DNA of 64,000 bases from Trichoplax adhaerens (GCF_000150275.1 NW_002060944.1:2518152-2582151), one strand, 5' to 3'; positions 38,929 through 54,000 are shown, counted from the stretch's first letter. The notes: a model not told the origin generated them from the letters alone. A program made the numbers and translations.

Positions 38929-40914
38929 TCACATACGTAATGTATCAACTGAATTATTGCCAAAAGTTCCTCCAATTCGATACTTCATTCCTAATATTAA
39001 AAACGTTTAGATAGATGTTAATTTGATACTTATTGAGCGCTGCTCTATGCTAGATACATAAATCAAGGAATTAAATGTTCAGTCTTGCAATAGATGGTTT
39101 AAATTATGATTTTACAATATATTAGAGCTGCTAGTTTATAGATTACCTGGAACATGACCAGTATAGTGTGGCATAATGCCAGAAGTTTTTGGAAAGATAA
39201 CTCTCCCATCTCTAGCGCTTTTAATTTGCCTTGTTACTGTGATTGGTTTATGAGCCTCTGCGCTGCGCACTCGAGATTCGGTATGGAATTGCTTGGTTGC
39301 CACATGAGATGAAATCGGATATGATAGACCAATTATTTCCTTCTGACGAGGCACATAACCAGTATAGCCTGATTTATGGAATTTGTTGGGATCATCATCA
39401 TCCATGTAACTAATTGGAACGGTTTTAGCGATAGACTTGCTAGTTAGCTTAATCGAGATTGCTTCGATGGAATTTTGTAATTCTTTCTCTTTCACTGCAG
39501 TTAGACGCAGCTTAGGATGACGTTTTTGATTAACTTGGCCTAATGTATAGTTGCTTCTCAGTGACTGCGTTTGTTCTATATCGAAATCTGCGATCGCACT
39601 ATCGCAAGCAGTAGCATATCGTGCACCAAACTGTTTTTGTGACCTGGGCACAAATCCTAATACGAATAAAGTATGAACGATTACAGATTATTTTTACTTT
39701 TAACCGATAAATAAGATAACGGTCTTGTTGTGTTGATAAATTTCTAGCAACTATAACAAACCTGAATATCCTGGTATCATATGATGAACATATTTTTGAT
39801 TGCCGAAGCTTTGTTGTCTAGAGTTCACTATCTTCATAGCCTTAATTTCTTGAGATGTGGTCCAGCCGGTTGCTGTTTTTGTTACTTCTTCATTTGGTAG
39901 AGTATTTGTCAAAACACCTTGCTGGGATCGGTTGATCTTTGGGCTGGTTAAAATTTCATGTGTTGAAGCTCCATATGTCCTGCCGATTTCATATTTAAAT
40001 TGCGGACAGTAGCCACTATAACTGTTCAACAGTGATAGATCATATTATATTTATTAGAATATTGAAGTAATCGTTCCTATGTTTGAAAGCAATATTGGAT
40101 AGTATAAAATTGTAACTTAATATTTTTAGTTGGACTCTTATTTGTGTTTATTGAGAACATATTTGAAGTCATAACGATGATAAAAGAGACTTTATAGTAG
40201 TTCACCGTATGTTGCTAGACAGCTGTGATATTGTCTAAAAATTGTAAATATCTAGTATTTTACTTTAATTAAAGGTTATGCTATCTTGGAATCGAGTAAG
40301 CATCAAACAGTACGGTATAACTGAGCCAAGACAAGTATAGCATTGAACGGTTAATACTAACTAAAATACGCCCAGAATACTTATCAAAGCTACTGATATA
40401 ACATTTTCAATTTTAGTCAAGTTTTATTCCATAATTAGTTGATGTATACTATACTAACATAATGCAATTAAAAGATATCCACGTCGAAGGATACGTAGAT
40501 CGATTAATTAGTTGCTTATATCTTGTGAATTACTATTCGTATTTATTTTTCATGAAATTTAAGATCGGAAAAGAAATACATTTGGAATGTTTTTTTTTAT
40601 ATAGTTAATTTGGTGATAATTCTAGACCGTAGTTGTTGTAAACGTGTCAGTAAAAATGTGCCGAACTGATTAAAATCTGATTACGATTTAATCAAGATCC
40701 ACGTAAAGGACTCTCTTCAATTAAACTTTTTTTTTTCAGTTTACTCCTTAAAATGTCCTGTTGCCTTATATCACGATTAAGCAAATATCTAAGAATACTC
40801 TACACTTTTACTTCTAAATTAAAAATAAGATTAGCTTTTAAACTATTTCGTAAATGTTCATATTTACCCTGGGGTGTAGTAAGGTTCCGCGGTTGTTAGC
40901 TTTAATCTTCCCAT
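38929..40914 (-). CDS. FAM166: FAM166/CIMIP2 family ciliary microtubule inner protein
   Basis: Exons ~40868-40914, 39761-40019, 39148-39657, 38929-38990. They contain repeated PYG-type motifs EPYYTPGYSGYCPQFKYEIGRTYG, MIPGYSGFVPR, SGYTGYVPR and MPHYTGHVPGMKYRIGGTFG. The last exon might instead splice on at a gtatgt site. Confidence 0.88.
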
Positions 40915-41079
40915 GTTGAACTTGTGTTTCTTAGCGTTTTATTGGAAACTAGAATTTTATTCACAAATACATTCTCAACTTAGTTAAGCATTGAACGATG
41001 ATGCACAGATAGTAAAATGAAAGTTTTGCCTATTAAAACACTATCTGTATCGATTACGACGATTCAGATTGTGGCGTCC

Positions 41080-41093
41080 GTTTCCATGGTAAC
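41080..41093. promoter_or_regulatory. RFX X-box upstream of FAM166
   Basis: GTTTCCATGGTAAC is a full match to the palindromic X-box consensus GTYNCYATRGNAAC, ~170 bp upstream of the ATG of a ciliary gene. Confidence 0.8.
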
Positions 41094-41100
41094 TCGGGCA

Positions 41101-41851
41101 AGTGTACGTACTGTACAGTACATTGCTAAAGTGTGTTATACTGTACTGTACGGTACAATATAGTGCAGTACTGTACTAGACTGTAGCTCTAGTAATTGAT
41201 GGCTAGACCAGCGAATTAGATATCTCTTGCTTTAAGTATATCACGGTATGGAGAATTTTTTTGGCTTTGCTGGCGTCTAGGGCCAGGCTACAGAGGTGGA
41301 AAGAAGACTAATAATGAATTACTCCTCTAAAGCAAACATTCATTGGCATTCGTAATAGCAGAAAAGCACACCAACAGTAGAAATAATCCTTGGTAGAACC
41401 GTAGGTATTTTTAGCTCTTCTTACAATCAACTCTGACTCTGCTCACTTACATTATCTGATTTCTTAGACCCGTTTACTCACTCTACAGTCTACAGTATTC
41501 GCACCGTCATACTGTACTGTACTGTACACTGTACAGTACTGTACTGTATAACATTAATTCAAAATATTACAGAACAGTACTGTACTGTACTGTATATTAT
41601 CAATAACGCTGATCCGTGGTACAGAAACAGTACACTCATTAACTTGAATACAAAAAGAGAGACCTACAGTACTGTACAATGCCTACAATACAACATACTG
41701 TAGAGTACAGTGTATATACTGTACTATCTCCCTCTACTGTACCTCTATACTGTACAGTGTACTGTACTGTAACTACAGTACAATACTCTATACGATACAC
41801 TGTACACTATACTGTACAGTACTGTACAGTACCGTAATGTACGGTACTGTA
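41101..41851. repeat. (GTAC-W)n arrays (41101-41185 and 41505-41851) in the FAM166/SCYL3 divergent promoter
   Basis: actgtactgtactgtacactgtacagtactgtactgta and similar runs, flanking a ~300-bp unique core. Confidence 0.9.
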
Positions 41852-41953
41852 ATCACTCTTAAATAATATCTTCTTCAATAATGCAATGTCGAGATTCACC
41901 ACCTCAAGGAAAATTTTCAATTAGCTACAAGTGCTTCAACCTAATGACAGCAT

Positions 41954-44900
41954 ATGGGAGCCGAAAATAGCATTTTAGATTCTTATAAACTATCAAAACC
42001 ATTGATCAAGCAAAAAAATAACGGTCAGCCATGGACAATTCGACCTGCACTGAATGATAAAGGCATCAAAGTTGCCGTATTTACACACGATCTTTCACTT
42101 GGATCCAGCAAGCCGCAAAACGGAATAGAAAATGCTACTAAGGTATTATATAGGTTTAAAGCAAATTGACACTAATTCCGAATAACTTCGATCATATTGA
42201 TTGACAACATTTTCTTCATTCAATTAAATATACCAGTAATTACAGGTTTATAAGTAATTGACGTGAATCGTATATGCGTTGTTTCAACATGGTTCTCGGT
42301 TTTGTAATTCTCACCATCTCAGGATCTTATTTAGTAGTAGGAGAGCAAAAAACTAAGAACCTTGCTGTAACTTTGAGTTCGTCCATAATAAAGGCATGCT
42401 TAGATTGATTGCTTGCTGATTTGTTCTACAAGTTGATATGATGACTAATAAACGTGTGATCATGCACTATTGAAGTTGTATTTGCTGTCAGAGGCCTGAA
42501 GCTGTATAGCAAATTGATTGCGTGCTACATCATTGATCTCTTTCTTTTGTCATGATTGCTAACATTAAATTTAAAATTTATTACAAGACATTTCGCTATC
42601 ATTCTTTTAGCAGGGATTTCTCCATAAAAAATCCATTTTATATGGACTTTTTCATCGTGAAACCCCTGCTTTTAGTAGTCCCTGTCTGTACTGTACTCAT
42701 TAGACAGAGTTTGTACTATTGATTGTACTGATTGGACAGTGTCATTTATGATGAATGATTGGATTGATTTCGCGACAATTCTAAATATTGCAAGTCGTAT
42801 GCTAACCGATACTTCATTTGTTAGCAACTTAAGCTGCTGCGCCATCCATTCATCCTAAAATATTATGAATCCTATGCCAGCCAAACCGAAATAGCCTTAG
42901 TTACAGAATATGTTAAGCCGTTAGAACTAGTCGTTGACGAATTTGAGCCCGATGAAATTATTGTAGGACTATATGAAATCGTGCAAGCCTTGTCTTTCCT
43001 TCACGATCGAGTAAACTAATCTTCATTTTTACTATATTTGCTTATCAAAAAAATTGATGTTAAGTGTTTGTTGCACCTTCCCTTTAAATTATTATATGTA
43101 TGTACATGTAGGGTCTTACAGCACATAATAATATCGCAAAGTCGGCAATATACGTTAGTCAAAGTGATGGATGTTGGAAACTTGGAGGGATGGAATATAC
43201 GCGATCGTATCGTAACATTAACGCTGAGGTGAGATACTGTATTTAAGGGTCTTTCAAATGATGCTGCTAATCTAGAAGGTCAAACATAAAGTACCCATTT
43301 TTTATTCATCCAGTGTGTTATACGTCACTAATTCATATTGCACTGTAGTGATACATTAAAATGAGCCTGCTAAAATAGTACACTTCTTTCAATTTGTATA
43401 TATATTTATATAGTTCTTACGCCAGACAACAAAATACCGTTGCTCAGATGCGATATCACCTGAAGAAAAGGTAATACAGACAAATGTAGGATTTAGTATG
43501 CTATTTCGTAACATTTGCAGTCGTACGCAAATTAGCATGGTTATTTCACACATTATGTGGGCCTAATAATGTAATTTCTTTTGATAGTCTGGTAAGTTTG
43601 ATCCACCACTCTCTTCCAGCCAAAGTCGTGATGTTTACGCGTTTGGTAGGCTAGTCATGTCATTAAAAGAGAAATTTGAAATTGAGAATGGTACGTAATA
43701 GCGTATAATTGAAATACATAACAGTTGCTTGAATTCAAATCGATGTATGGCATACACTGTTCTATTTATCTAGATAATGTATATTTCGACAAAAATTCTT
43801 TTCAGATGAAGTAGTACAACGGTTTACGAACCGGATATCTGAGCAATGTTTAATCGACGATCCTAAGGTTAAATGAAAATTATAATTTTCTACAGTTGAC
43901 TTATCAAACTTGGAATGAATTAGTTGTTACTAAAATGTCTGTACAATGTATAGTTGCGATCGAAATTTGGTCAATTGATGAAAGAAGAAATATTTACGTT
44001 AGTATTCAATGTCTGAGATCATTTCTAGTCCACTGTTGTAATTTTGTTGTTGCTTCTTCTATTTGCTCTTATAGGGAAAATGATTTATTAGATCTTGTTA
44101 CTTTCTTAAATAATATAACACTTAAATCGAATATCGAGAAACAGGAATTCTTTAGGTACTAATTACCTTCATATATCAGCAGAGTGATTACTTATGTAAT
44201 AGTACAGTTGTATTTATGCAATTAAATTTTATTTCCAGATACTTAGCTAAGCGATTGCGACGTTACCGTTCCGCAACCATCGTACGAAGGTTACTGAAAA
44301 TGTTATTGTCAAGATTTGCCTTAGCGGAACCGTTTGCTTCGGTTCATTTTTTTCCCCACTTGTTTGCGCCTCGCGAAAGTAGGATAGAATTTGTGATTAG
44401 AAAAGTACATCGTCAATTTAAATTTTTAAAATAACTATTACTTTGCTTAGATCACAATCATAGCAAAGATTTTATTGACGGAAAAATTAATCCGATCATA
44501 ACTATGGATTTATTTAAGTAATGCTATTATTTGTGAATAGATGGTGGCTAAGAATCATGTTTCTATCAGCTGAAAGTTGTATTTCCGATATTTATATTAC
44601 AGGGAAGAAGTAATTCCGATCATTGTCAAATTATTTAAAGTTAGGCATAAGCACGTCCGGCTATTAATTTTAGATCGTTTTAATACTTACATCAACTATT
44701 TTAACAAACAACAATTACAAAAGGAAGTTCTTCCCAAGGTTGCTCATTTTCTGCCATAAAATATTAGTAACTATAAAATCTGAATTGTGATGTTCTATTC
44801 GTGCTCAGATTCTTCAGGGTTTAAGAGATATAGATAATGAAATCGTTGCAGCTACATTTAGGGCTATGGCTGACTGTGTCCTTGTGCTTGGAGCTGAAAA

Positions 44901-46701
44901 TGTGGTTGGAACCGCCGACCGAAGAACTATCTTTAAAGAAGGTCAACCTGATGTAAGTATAGTTGACCAGTTATGGATAGGTGATATCTTCTTGGCATGA
45001 GAAATGCTTACTATTGTTTTATCCAGTTTCAGAAGCCGTTGGATAGGCCACTAGCACGTAAATATAAGATTGTTGTTAAATGTTGTAAATGAATGTTTAT
45101 GCTGCTGTAAACAAATGTAATTTTTGTCTTGTTGGTAGTATACATAATTTGTATGTTTCTATGGTATTGAATTAGTTTCACCTCAGGAGAGTTTTTCGTC
45201 ATATGAAGTTTCTCCAAGCACAAACTATCATATCATTCAAAAGATGATCGATAATGCCAGTATAACAAGTGACGATACTCATGACGATCCAGTGGAAATT
45301 ATGGAACGTTCAAGCACTAAAAATGTATTTGATACAAAATTAAATTATGAGAAATCGATGGGAGACAAAACTAATAGCAATATAAGGGGTGATTCTCCTG
45401 AAATGAAAAAGAAACTTGACAGAGAACGACGACGTGAAGAGAATCGTAAACGTAATGAAGAAAAAAAAAGGCAACGTGATTTGTTAAAATCTGGGAAAAA
45501 AACAGGTATAAGTGCTGTTGTTATGGTTATAGAGGAACCTTTTATTTTGTAGGCAGCTTCTTATTTTACAATCTTTCGTTAGATCTATTGCTGAAGTGTA
45601 ATTACTCGATTTAGGTATGGAAATAACGGGAATGGAGCACGCTGCTTCAGTTGCAGGCGAAGATGATCACTTACCACTTGAGACACCACAGAAAATCGTA
45701 AACGATATTCATAACACCACTATTGATCAAAAAGTGGACGTTATTTCCGAGTCAGCATCGATTAATGAGAATGATGGAAATAGACATGTTGAGGAGGATG
45801 CGTGGTCAAACGACAATTGGGAGTATTTTGGAAAGCCTAATGAGACTGATGAATGTAGCACCACCTCTTCACCCGAGACAACTACTATGCCTGAATCGAA
45901 TGAAGATTATCTTAAAAAAGTGAAAACTCTACAAACTGAGAAATCGTCCTTGAACGATAACATGGCAGAAGTTCGTAAAAACTTGTCTGATAGCGTGACA
46001 CTATCTGGCAATGGAGTGGACAATAACAGTAGTCGATTTTCTACAATGCCTAACAAAGATATTTTATTGCCTAATGAAATTAAGGCAACTGAAAGTAGAA
46101 CTTCAATATCCTCAATATCGGAAGCGGTTCATGACTCTGCAGCTGGTTCTACTACTGGTAGTGTTAAGACTGAGCTAGTAGAGCCCAGAAATAATCAGGC
46201 TGAAAATGGTTGGCAAACTTGGAACGCATCCCAGCCATCATCCCCTACGCTATCGACTTCCAGTTCAAATACATCTAAGAACACGCCTTCGTTAAAAAAG
46301 TTGAAAAAAACAAATAAGGTGGAGACATTGGGCCATGAATTTGATATTCAAATAAAATCTGTAGATCCTACAGAAGAGATAGATTTTTTTGCAGACATGC
46401 TGCCTGTGTATACTGCTCCAGAAAAAAGTGTCGAAATCAAAAGTAGACATAAACAGAGCTCAAAATCCGATAGCAAATCTTTATTTTCGATTCGGGATAG
46501 CACAAATGATAGCGGCATGGTTAGTGGATGATTGTTTGACTAACACATGTACTTACATTGTTCTAAATTTCCAGTTTCAATTCTAAATACGTTATCTGAG
46601 GCATTAAAAGTTTTAACATTTTATGGCAGGGTACGTCTGGTTGGGATGATGAATGGGAAGACAGTGCAGCAAAGATTTGCGAGGACTCAACGCAGGCATA
46701 A
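41954..46701 (+). CDS. SCYL3: SCY1-like pseudokinase 3 (PACE-1)
   Basis: MGAENSILDSYKL N-terminus (myristoylation motif), LKLLRHPFILKY, GLYEIVQALSFLHDR, HNNIAKSAIYVSQSDGCWKLGGME, HEAT region (LLSRFALAEP, IVKLFKV....VRLLIL, QILQGLRD.DNEIVA.TFRAMA), LGHEFDIQIK..EIDFFADMLP, and final exon 46630-46701 GTSGWDDEWED..*. Confidence 0.93.
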
Positions 46702-48073
46702 ATCTTTCATTATATAAATTTATAAATTTGTTACATGAATTGGATAATGTATCGTTAGTAACGCTTCTATATGTATTCAGTACTGACAGTAGCTGATTTC
46801 AATAGTGCTGATTTTATTCTGTCTTATTCACTAGTTACAAGTGCCCTTAGCACTGGTGTAAAGAATTGCTATAAAATGCGCATATACGAGTAAACATGAT
46901 GCTAACAATCTTAAAGATAATTGCATTCACCGATGCGCGTTTTAAATTTTTGTCAGCTTTGTACTTGACTATTTTACTATTTGCTAGCTTATGATCATTT
47001 TCATTTTATTATCAATTTTAATCAGGTACAACTAGCGAGTCTATGATAACACTTCGTCTACTGTACGTACAGTATAGGTATTAATGAAATGGGCCAGCGT
47101 TACTATATTGACTGACACAATATTTGATTGTATCTTACTACAATATTTATTTCACGTCGCATCTAAAGTTATTTTTCTAACCCCTAAGCTACTACTTGTT
47201 TCCTACTTAAGAAGCTGCATTAGTGGATGTATAAAACATGTTGCTAGAATACATTTCTAACTAAAGACCCGATGTTTCATTAGAAGTTTTATATTCCTAG
47301 AATTACAAGTAATTTTAAGTTAGAAATTTATTTTACTTTAAACTTCTGATTCATTGAGGTGCGTTAATTTCGTAAGCCAAATTTAAGCCTATTAGTTGAT
47401 GATTTTTTTGCTTGAAATCTTCTATTACTATTGTTACTTTGATCAATTGAGGTAAAATGATCATTATACCAAAATATTCTACAGCAAGTCAATACGTTAA
47501 ATTGCTCTGTACAGGATGATCGTTTTAACTATTTCTATTACTATATACGTATATGTGTACGCGTATATGCATTGCAAAAGGTAAATGAAAAAGATTAAAA
47601 TAATGTAAAATTTATTGGTTGCACATGGTCAACTACATTTTTCTGCAACAATAATTTTAAAATTATTAATTACAGTTCATAAAATATAAGGACATAGCTT
47701 TTGCGGAATAAAATCATTGCTCTTTCGAGCAATTGCACAAAATTGTAACATTATAATGGAATAAGAATTTGTATGATGTATAGAAGGATGTAATAAACGA
47801 TGAAGAAAGCTCATTCGGACTTTGTAAATAAACTGATGTTAACATCAAAGTTATTTTTCCAGGGATCACAATTTTTGTTAACGTGTGTCGGGACGGGACT
47901 ACTGCATATTCCGTTTTGAACAATTAAGGGTTTGATATAAGTCATGACGTAATAACTACTACGTTGTTTGAGTATTCGGTTTAAATTTTAATCAAATACA
48001 AGGCTGTTTCTTAAGAAAAGATTTTAAGATAGAAGATAAGTAATGTACAAAAAAAGTTCTTGAAGAATCCATA

Positions 48074-51000
48074 TCAATTTCGATACCAAGACTGGGGTGA
48101 CGGTGAAGCCTTTCTTAAAGCAGCAATTCGACTTCGATGATGCTCTAGTTGGTTTCTAAGCGTATTAATGCTAAAAGAGTTACTACGAGATAGCGATTGC
48201 TCTGCTACATCTGAAGACTGAACATCACTTTCTAGCATGCTATCAGGATTTGTTAATGATCGACTTCTACTTTCGTCAATCATTACATCGGAGTCGAGAT
48301 CGTCATCATGACGACTAGTCATGATTAATTCAGGTACTTGGGCTTTTGTAGTTAAGGAACAGCTATCGATAGCATTACCAAGTTGTTGTCCAATTACCTC
48401 AGCATTTGATTTGTTATCATCACTATTTTTTTGAATATTAGTGCCGAAACTATTACTTGAATTATAGCTTATTATTGGGGCTTCATTATCATCACGATAA
48501 CTTAATTGTTGTATATCAGGAGGGATTCCGTCTTGTCGTTCAATGTTGTCGCTGATGGTATTGCCATCCTATTTATAGGATAGTTAAGCCGTTGAGATTG
48601 ATCTTTAGCTCGATTACTTAGTGCTCCGTAAACAATCGTAGATGGAGTATTAACTCCTACCTTATCAACGTCATTGTTGGAACTTCTACCGTGAATAGCG
48701 TACCGATTCATGTCTTCCTCTCCTTCTTGTTGCGGCTGAAATTTGTCACGATCAATATTTCCTTCATCATCTTCAACTAAGGAGTAATTAGGCTGCTGTT
48801 GGTACACATTGCTGGTTGGTGTTGTATAACTTTGATCTATTGCACATTGATCATTGACGTTATTGCTCTTAGGATGAGCCAAATTGATTTCTGCACGTTG
48901 ATAGCCTGATAATTGAGATCCTAGTCTAGCTAATTCAGCCTCCTTAATTACTAATGCTTCGTGGGATGTACTAACGGTATCATGCTGTATTTTTAGCTCA
49001 TAGCTTAATTGAGAAACTTGTCGGCGTAAATGATCTACTTCATCACTATGTTCTTGTTCTACTTCTTGTAGTCGTTGGACCTGCTGGCGTAAATTTGTAG
49101 CCATTTGTTCGCGTGATGATAAAATATGAGCATGGTTTTCTTGTAAGCGATTAATCTATATAGTGAGAAAATAAAGTAATCAATCCTATCGTTTTAGGTA
49201 ATAGCAAGCAAAAGCTACTGTTTATTTTTAAGATAAGCTCTGTAAAGGAGTTTTAAATAGTTCTAAGTTTCAGGAAAACATTTATACCATGTTTATACTT
49301 TATAAACAGTAATTAAGCTAAATTTGTTCTATGATTTTAGTACATTACTCATTAAACAATTGATTAATCACTAATTATAAAAAATGTAGACTGTAGTTCA
49401 TTTTTTGTGATTTTATACTGTTATCTAAAGCATTGACTTTTAGAAAATATATCGTATTATTTAGTTGTCTACGTCTTGACATCAGGTGAAAGTATAAATT
49501 ATTAGCTACGCCTACTAGAGCAGATCACTAGTTTTACTGAATATACTTGACTATTGAATACTTATTAGCCATCAGAATTACAACACAATACATTTATAAC
49601 TATCGCCTTATATTAAATCTGAGAAGATGCAATAAATAGTCACGTATCAGTTTCTAATCATTTGATTTTAACTATAGATAACTACCTCTTGCTCATGCTG
49701 TTCTTGACGGATTTCTTGCTGCTTCTGCATTCGTCTTATTTCTTGAATGCATTGTCGTTCATAGTCCTCCTCACGTTGACGAGATGCGCCAACTTCTTCG
49801 GCTAAACGGGCAGCATCGGCTTCTTTAGATGCTAACATCACCCTTAACTCGTCTAATTCTTGGCAAGCTATGTCTCTTTCGTGTTCCAGTAGTTTTTGTA
49901 AGCGTCGACACTCGTCTGCTTCATCACCCTATTACATAATTATGAATGAGATACCATATACAATTTATTAGATATTCTTAATTTGTTACTTGTTTGTGCT
50001 CGCTTTTATTCTGATAAATACATCATCCGATCCCAACTGATGATGGATCGAGTATATTCTAAACATTTTTAATAGTACCCTTACTAAATATTTTGTGCGT
50101 TTACCTGAATTCTAAGCTGCTCTTTGGTTAATCTCAATTGCTGATTTATTTCGGTCATTAATTTTTGTTGCTCGTCAATTTGGTACTCTGCATGTTTATT
50201 AGTTTGTTCCAATTCAACTATAATGGCTACCTTATTTTGCAGTTCAATGTGATGCTGTTGATAGACTTGTTCCAATTGCTGATAGCGTGATATTTGTGTA
50301 TTATAATCATTTTGATTCTCTCTTAATTCTAGTTCTAATTCACGAATTTGTTGCCCTTTACGATCAATTTCACTTTGATGCTGTTGTACTAAATGTTCTA
50401 ATTGTTTATTTTGTTGCTTAATTTCACTTAAGTGCTCCTTAAATGAAGTATCCAGCATTGAAACTTGGCTGCTGCGTTGCTTTAATTGTGTTTGCTGTGT
50501 TTTCAGCATTGCTTCTAGTTCCATAACCCTTTCATGATCTAATTTAGCTTGTGTTGTTGTTTTATTTAATTCTAAATCTTTCTGCAGTAATTTCGATTGC
50601 AAATCACTGATAGTTGATTCGGTTTCTTTTATCTATCACATTAAGAAATTAAAAAATGTTAACAAATAGATTAATGCTTAGCTGCTGCTTTGGGTTAAAT
50701 GCCTTACTTTAAAATATAGAAATATAGAAATATGTTTAATAGTAAGAGTATCCGACGCTATAAATTTATTTCAAAACTCTTTCTATTTTAAATAGATTTT
50801 ACTACCCTTTCTGTGCAATTATATTAATAGAGCATTTCAACAAAAATTTATCATAGTATGAAGTGTCTTCTGATTTAGTCCAACAATTAAGTATTTATTA
50901 GTAAAAGCTTTCACCGAAATACCTCAGCTTGGTATTTGAGAACCTTTGTTTCAGTTTCAATCAAATTCTTTTGCGTTTGTTGAAGAGAATCTTCCGTTAA

Positions 51001-54000
51001 TTTTAAGTTATTATCGGCTGTCATTTTTTGAGCGTGAAATCTTTCTAATTCTAATTCTTTTTGGTGGATCGTTGTCTCTAGATCTTGTATTTGCAAAGAT
51101 TTTTGCTGTAATTGTGACTGACGTTGATTTAGTGTTTCATTTAAATGATGTGAATCTTCATCTTGTTTCTTTCGCTGGGAACATAGCTGACGTATTTCAC
51201 TTTGCAAGTTTTCAATCTAAAATAATATTAACAGTTAAATAATCCCTCATTTTCTTCTATCAGGTAGCATGATGGTCATATAAGCATGATCTAAGCGTAA
51301 TGGAAATATTAATTCTATGCCTAACATAATACTGGTTTATAAGCTGTGTATAATTTTCGTTTTACAAAATAATAGAATACAAAAAAGGCACTTTTACTTC
51401 AACATGATACCAAATAATACATAGTACATCTAATTCTCTTTGATTCGCCGTAGCACTGATATGAAGACGATTGAGCAAACCTAAATGCATTTGACTTCTC
51501 TAATTGGATAGTATTGCTGAACGTGACGCTCTAAATTTTATTCAGTAATCGTGCAAAACTTATGCAGTGATTAAATGTTTAGATAATATATATATCCGTT
51601 CATTTTTGCTTTTCTACATGATTTAAAGTGTAAAGCATATTTACTTGATCTTTATAAAGCTTCGATTCCGTCTGTAACTTCAATAAATTTTCATTTAGAG
51701 AATCATTTCTGGCTTGTTTTTCAGCAATTTGGCTATTTAGTTGTTTTAACCTCATATCAAGACTGAAAATAATTATGGAAACGTTATTCATTAGCAAAAT
51801 TTGCCACCAGCCAATCCATAACGCGATAAGCAGTAGTTTATGAAATTTATAGTTAAAATATAAAATAGCATAGGTGCTTTTTCGTTGTAATTTACCTGTG
51901 ACATTCTTGACTATAGCTATTTATATCAGCAGAGCTGGTTTGTTCAATGTTTGCCAATTGCCATTGAAGTTGGATTTGACTTTCTTCTAACTCGGCAATC
52001 CGCTGCGTGCTTTGTTCCAGCATTTTTTGTCTCTTAGTAACAGTCTCTTTCAATTCCGCAATTTCATCAGCTTGTTGATGTAATTCCGATCTCGATGTAG
52101 ATAAAACTTGCTCTAATTGATCGATTTGCTCCTGTTTCGATTTCTGCTGCAGACCATAATGATCTTGATTCTGCTGAAGTTGTTGCGTTAACTGAACGAT
52201 CTGCTGCTGCTGAATTGTCAATTGTTGCTGTAATTGCTCGGCACGATTTTGTTCTTGCAGTAACTGATCTTCGACAAGTTTTAAATCGATATCCTGGCGG
52301 TTTGCTTGACTTAGCTTTTCAGTAACTTCTGCATTAACTTGCGTCATATTTGTTTTCAGTTGTTGAAATAACGATGTTTTCTCTTCCAATTCGTGACTAG
52401 TAGTATCGAATTGCTGATTTAAATATGAAATTTGATCGTCTTTTAGTTGAATGGTTTGCCGTGATTTATTTAATTCCTCTTCCAGTGTTTCAAGTTGATG
52501 ATTATAGTGATTTTGTAGCTGCTCTAGCGATTCTCGAATCTCTTTTTCTCTTTCCGTAACTTGCTCCATAACTTTTATCTTTTGCTGCTGTTCATTTTCT
52601 AGTTCTGCTTGTAATGAAGCTATTTGTTGTTGGTAATCATGACTACCAGACGTGGTTTTATCTAATTGTTGATCCAAAAGCGCAATTTGATTGGATCTCT
52701 GACGTAAATCATGTTGCAGTTCATGCAAATTTTCAACTTTTTTCTCGTATTCACAACGAATATCTTCACATTCATGGTCCTTCTCAGCTAATTGACTTTC
52801 CAGGGAGGTTACCAAAATCTTTTGTTCACCTAATTTCTTCTTTAGTTTAGCTATTTCGTTGGCTTGCCTAATCGAATTAAGTAGGTGGTATCGTTTACTA
52901 ATTGATAGCGACATGTAAATTATCTATTATCTAAAGTAAACTTTCAGATGCCACTTCAATCCCGTATATTGTAGAATTAATATTAGATCAAAAGGATTCT
53001 TAAAGGAATAAATAAACTATATTCATTCAAGCAATTCGGATATTAGCCGTTATTGCAAACAAGAAGAGTAGTAGTAAATCAAATCTCGAGTATTTATGAG
53101 CAATAATATGCAGATATCATACGGTATAAAGCTTATTGAATTATCTGAAATTATGCTGTTAGCTTTAAATTTGTAAATACTACAGTGTACAATAGGCAAA
53201 TAAAGATTCAACCAAATTACTTCCTTGATAATCGCTCATCTTATTTCAGAATACCTTAGACTCATTTTATCGATTGTAACTAAATATTAAACTTATGATG
53301 TATATATTTTCGTATGATAAATTATCGGCAGGAAAGAAACATTCTCGTGGTAGAATCGTAGAGTATCGGTCGAAATTTGACATTCAAGTTATTATAGTAA
53401 ATACTCTAATCTATTTATATATTTGATATCATCGTTTGGGATACAGTAACTCACATTATAAGGACATTATAAAATTACTGTATATGCGTATAAATATAAT
53501 TCAATAATCGGATAATTCTATAAAACATTAAAATTAATGACAGTAATAATCCATTATACGAGTACAATAAGTCAAGGTGTAAATTCATTGGTAGTAAATT
53601 TATAAAAATCGTTTACGGTGCAGGTATGCCTTTAGCATAAAACATTTACGGTGCGCTTGCCGTTGGAAACGTTCTCATATAATATTGTTTAGCTTTTATT
53701 TCGTTGTTGAAATCTAGCTATTGTTATTACTAGTAATATTACTATTAAAGAATATAACAACGATCATAAACTTACATTTCTTGCTCTTCATCCATTTGTG
53801 TCAACATCGTCTCTAACTGTTTACGATCGGCAGTTTTATATTTATCTATAGCATCAGATAGCTCGCTTCTTAATGGGCCTTTATGAGGTGATACATGAGG
53901 GCTAAGACCATGCTGAAGTTGCTGTTGTAACTGTTGAATATCTGCATCCTTTTGTGCTAATTGCATGCGCAATTCTGCAACTATCGAGCGTGTAGATGGG

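Noticed and set aside
48074-49104. Apparent frameshift or two separate ORFs at the CCDC18 3' end
   Set aside because: Explained by an ordinary 92-nt GT-AG intron (48569-48660) that joins the frames.
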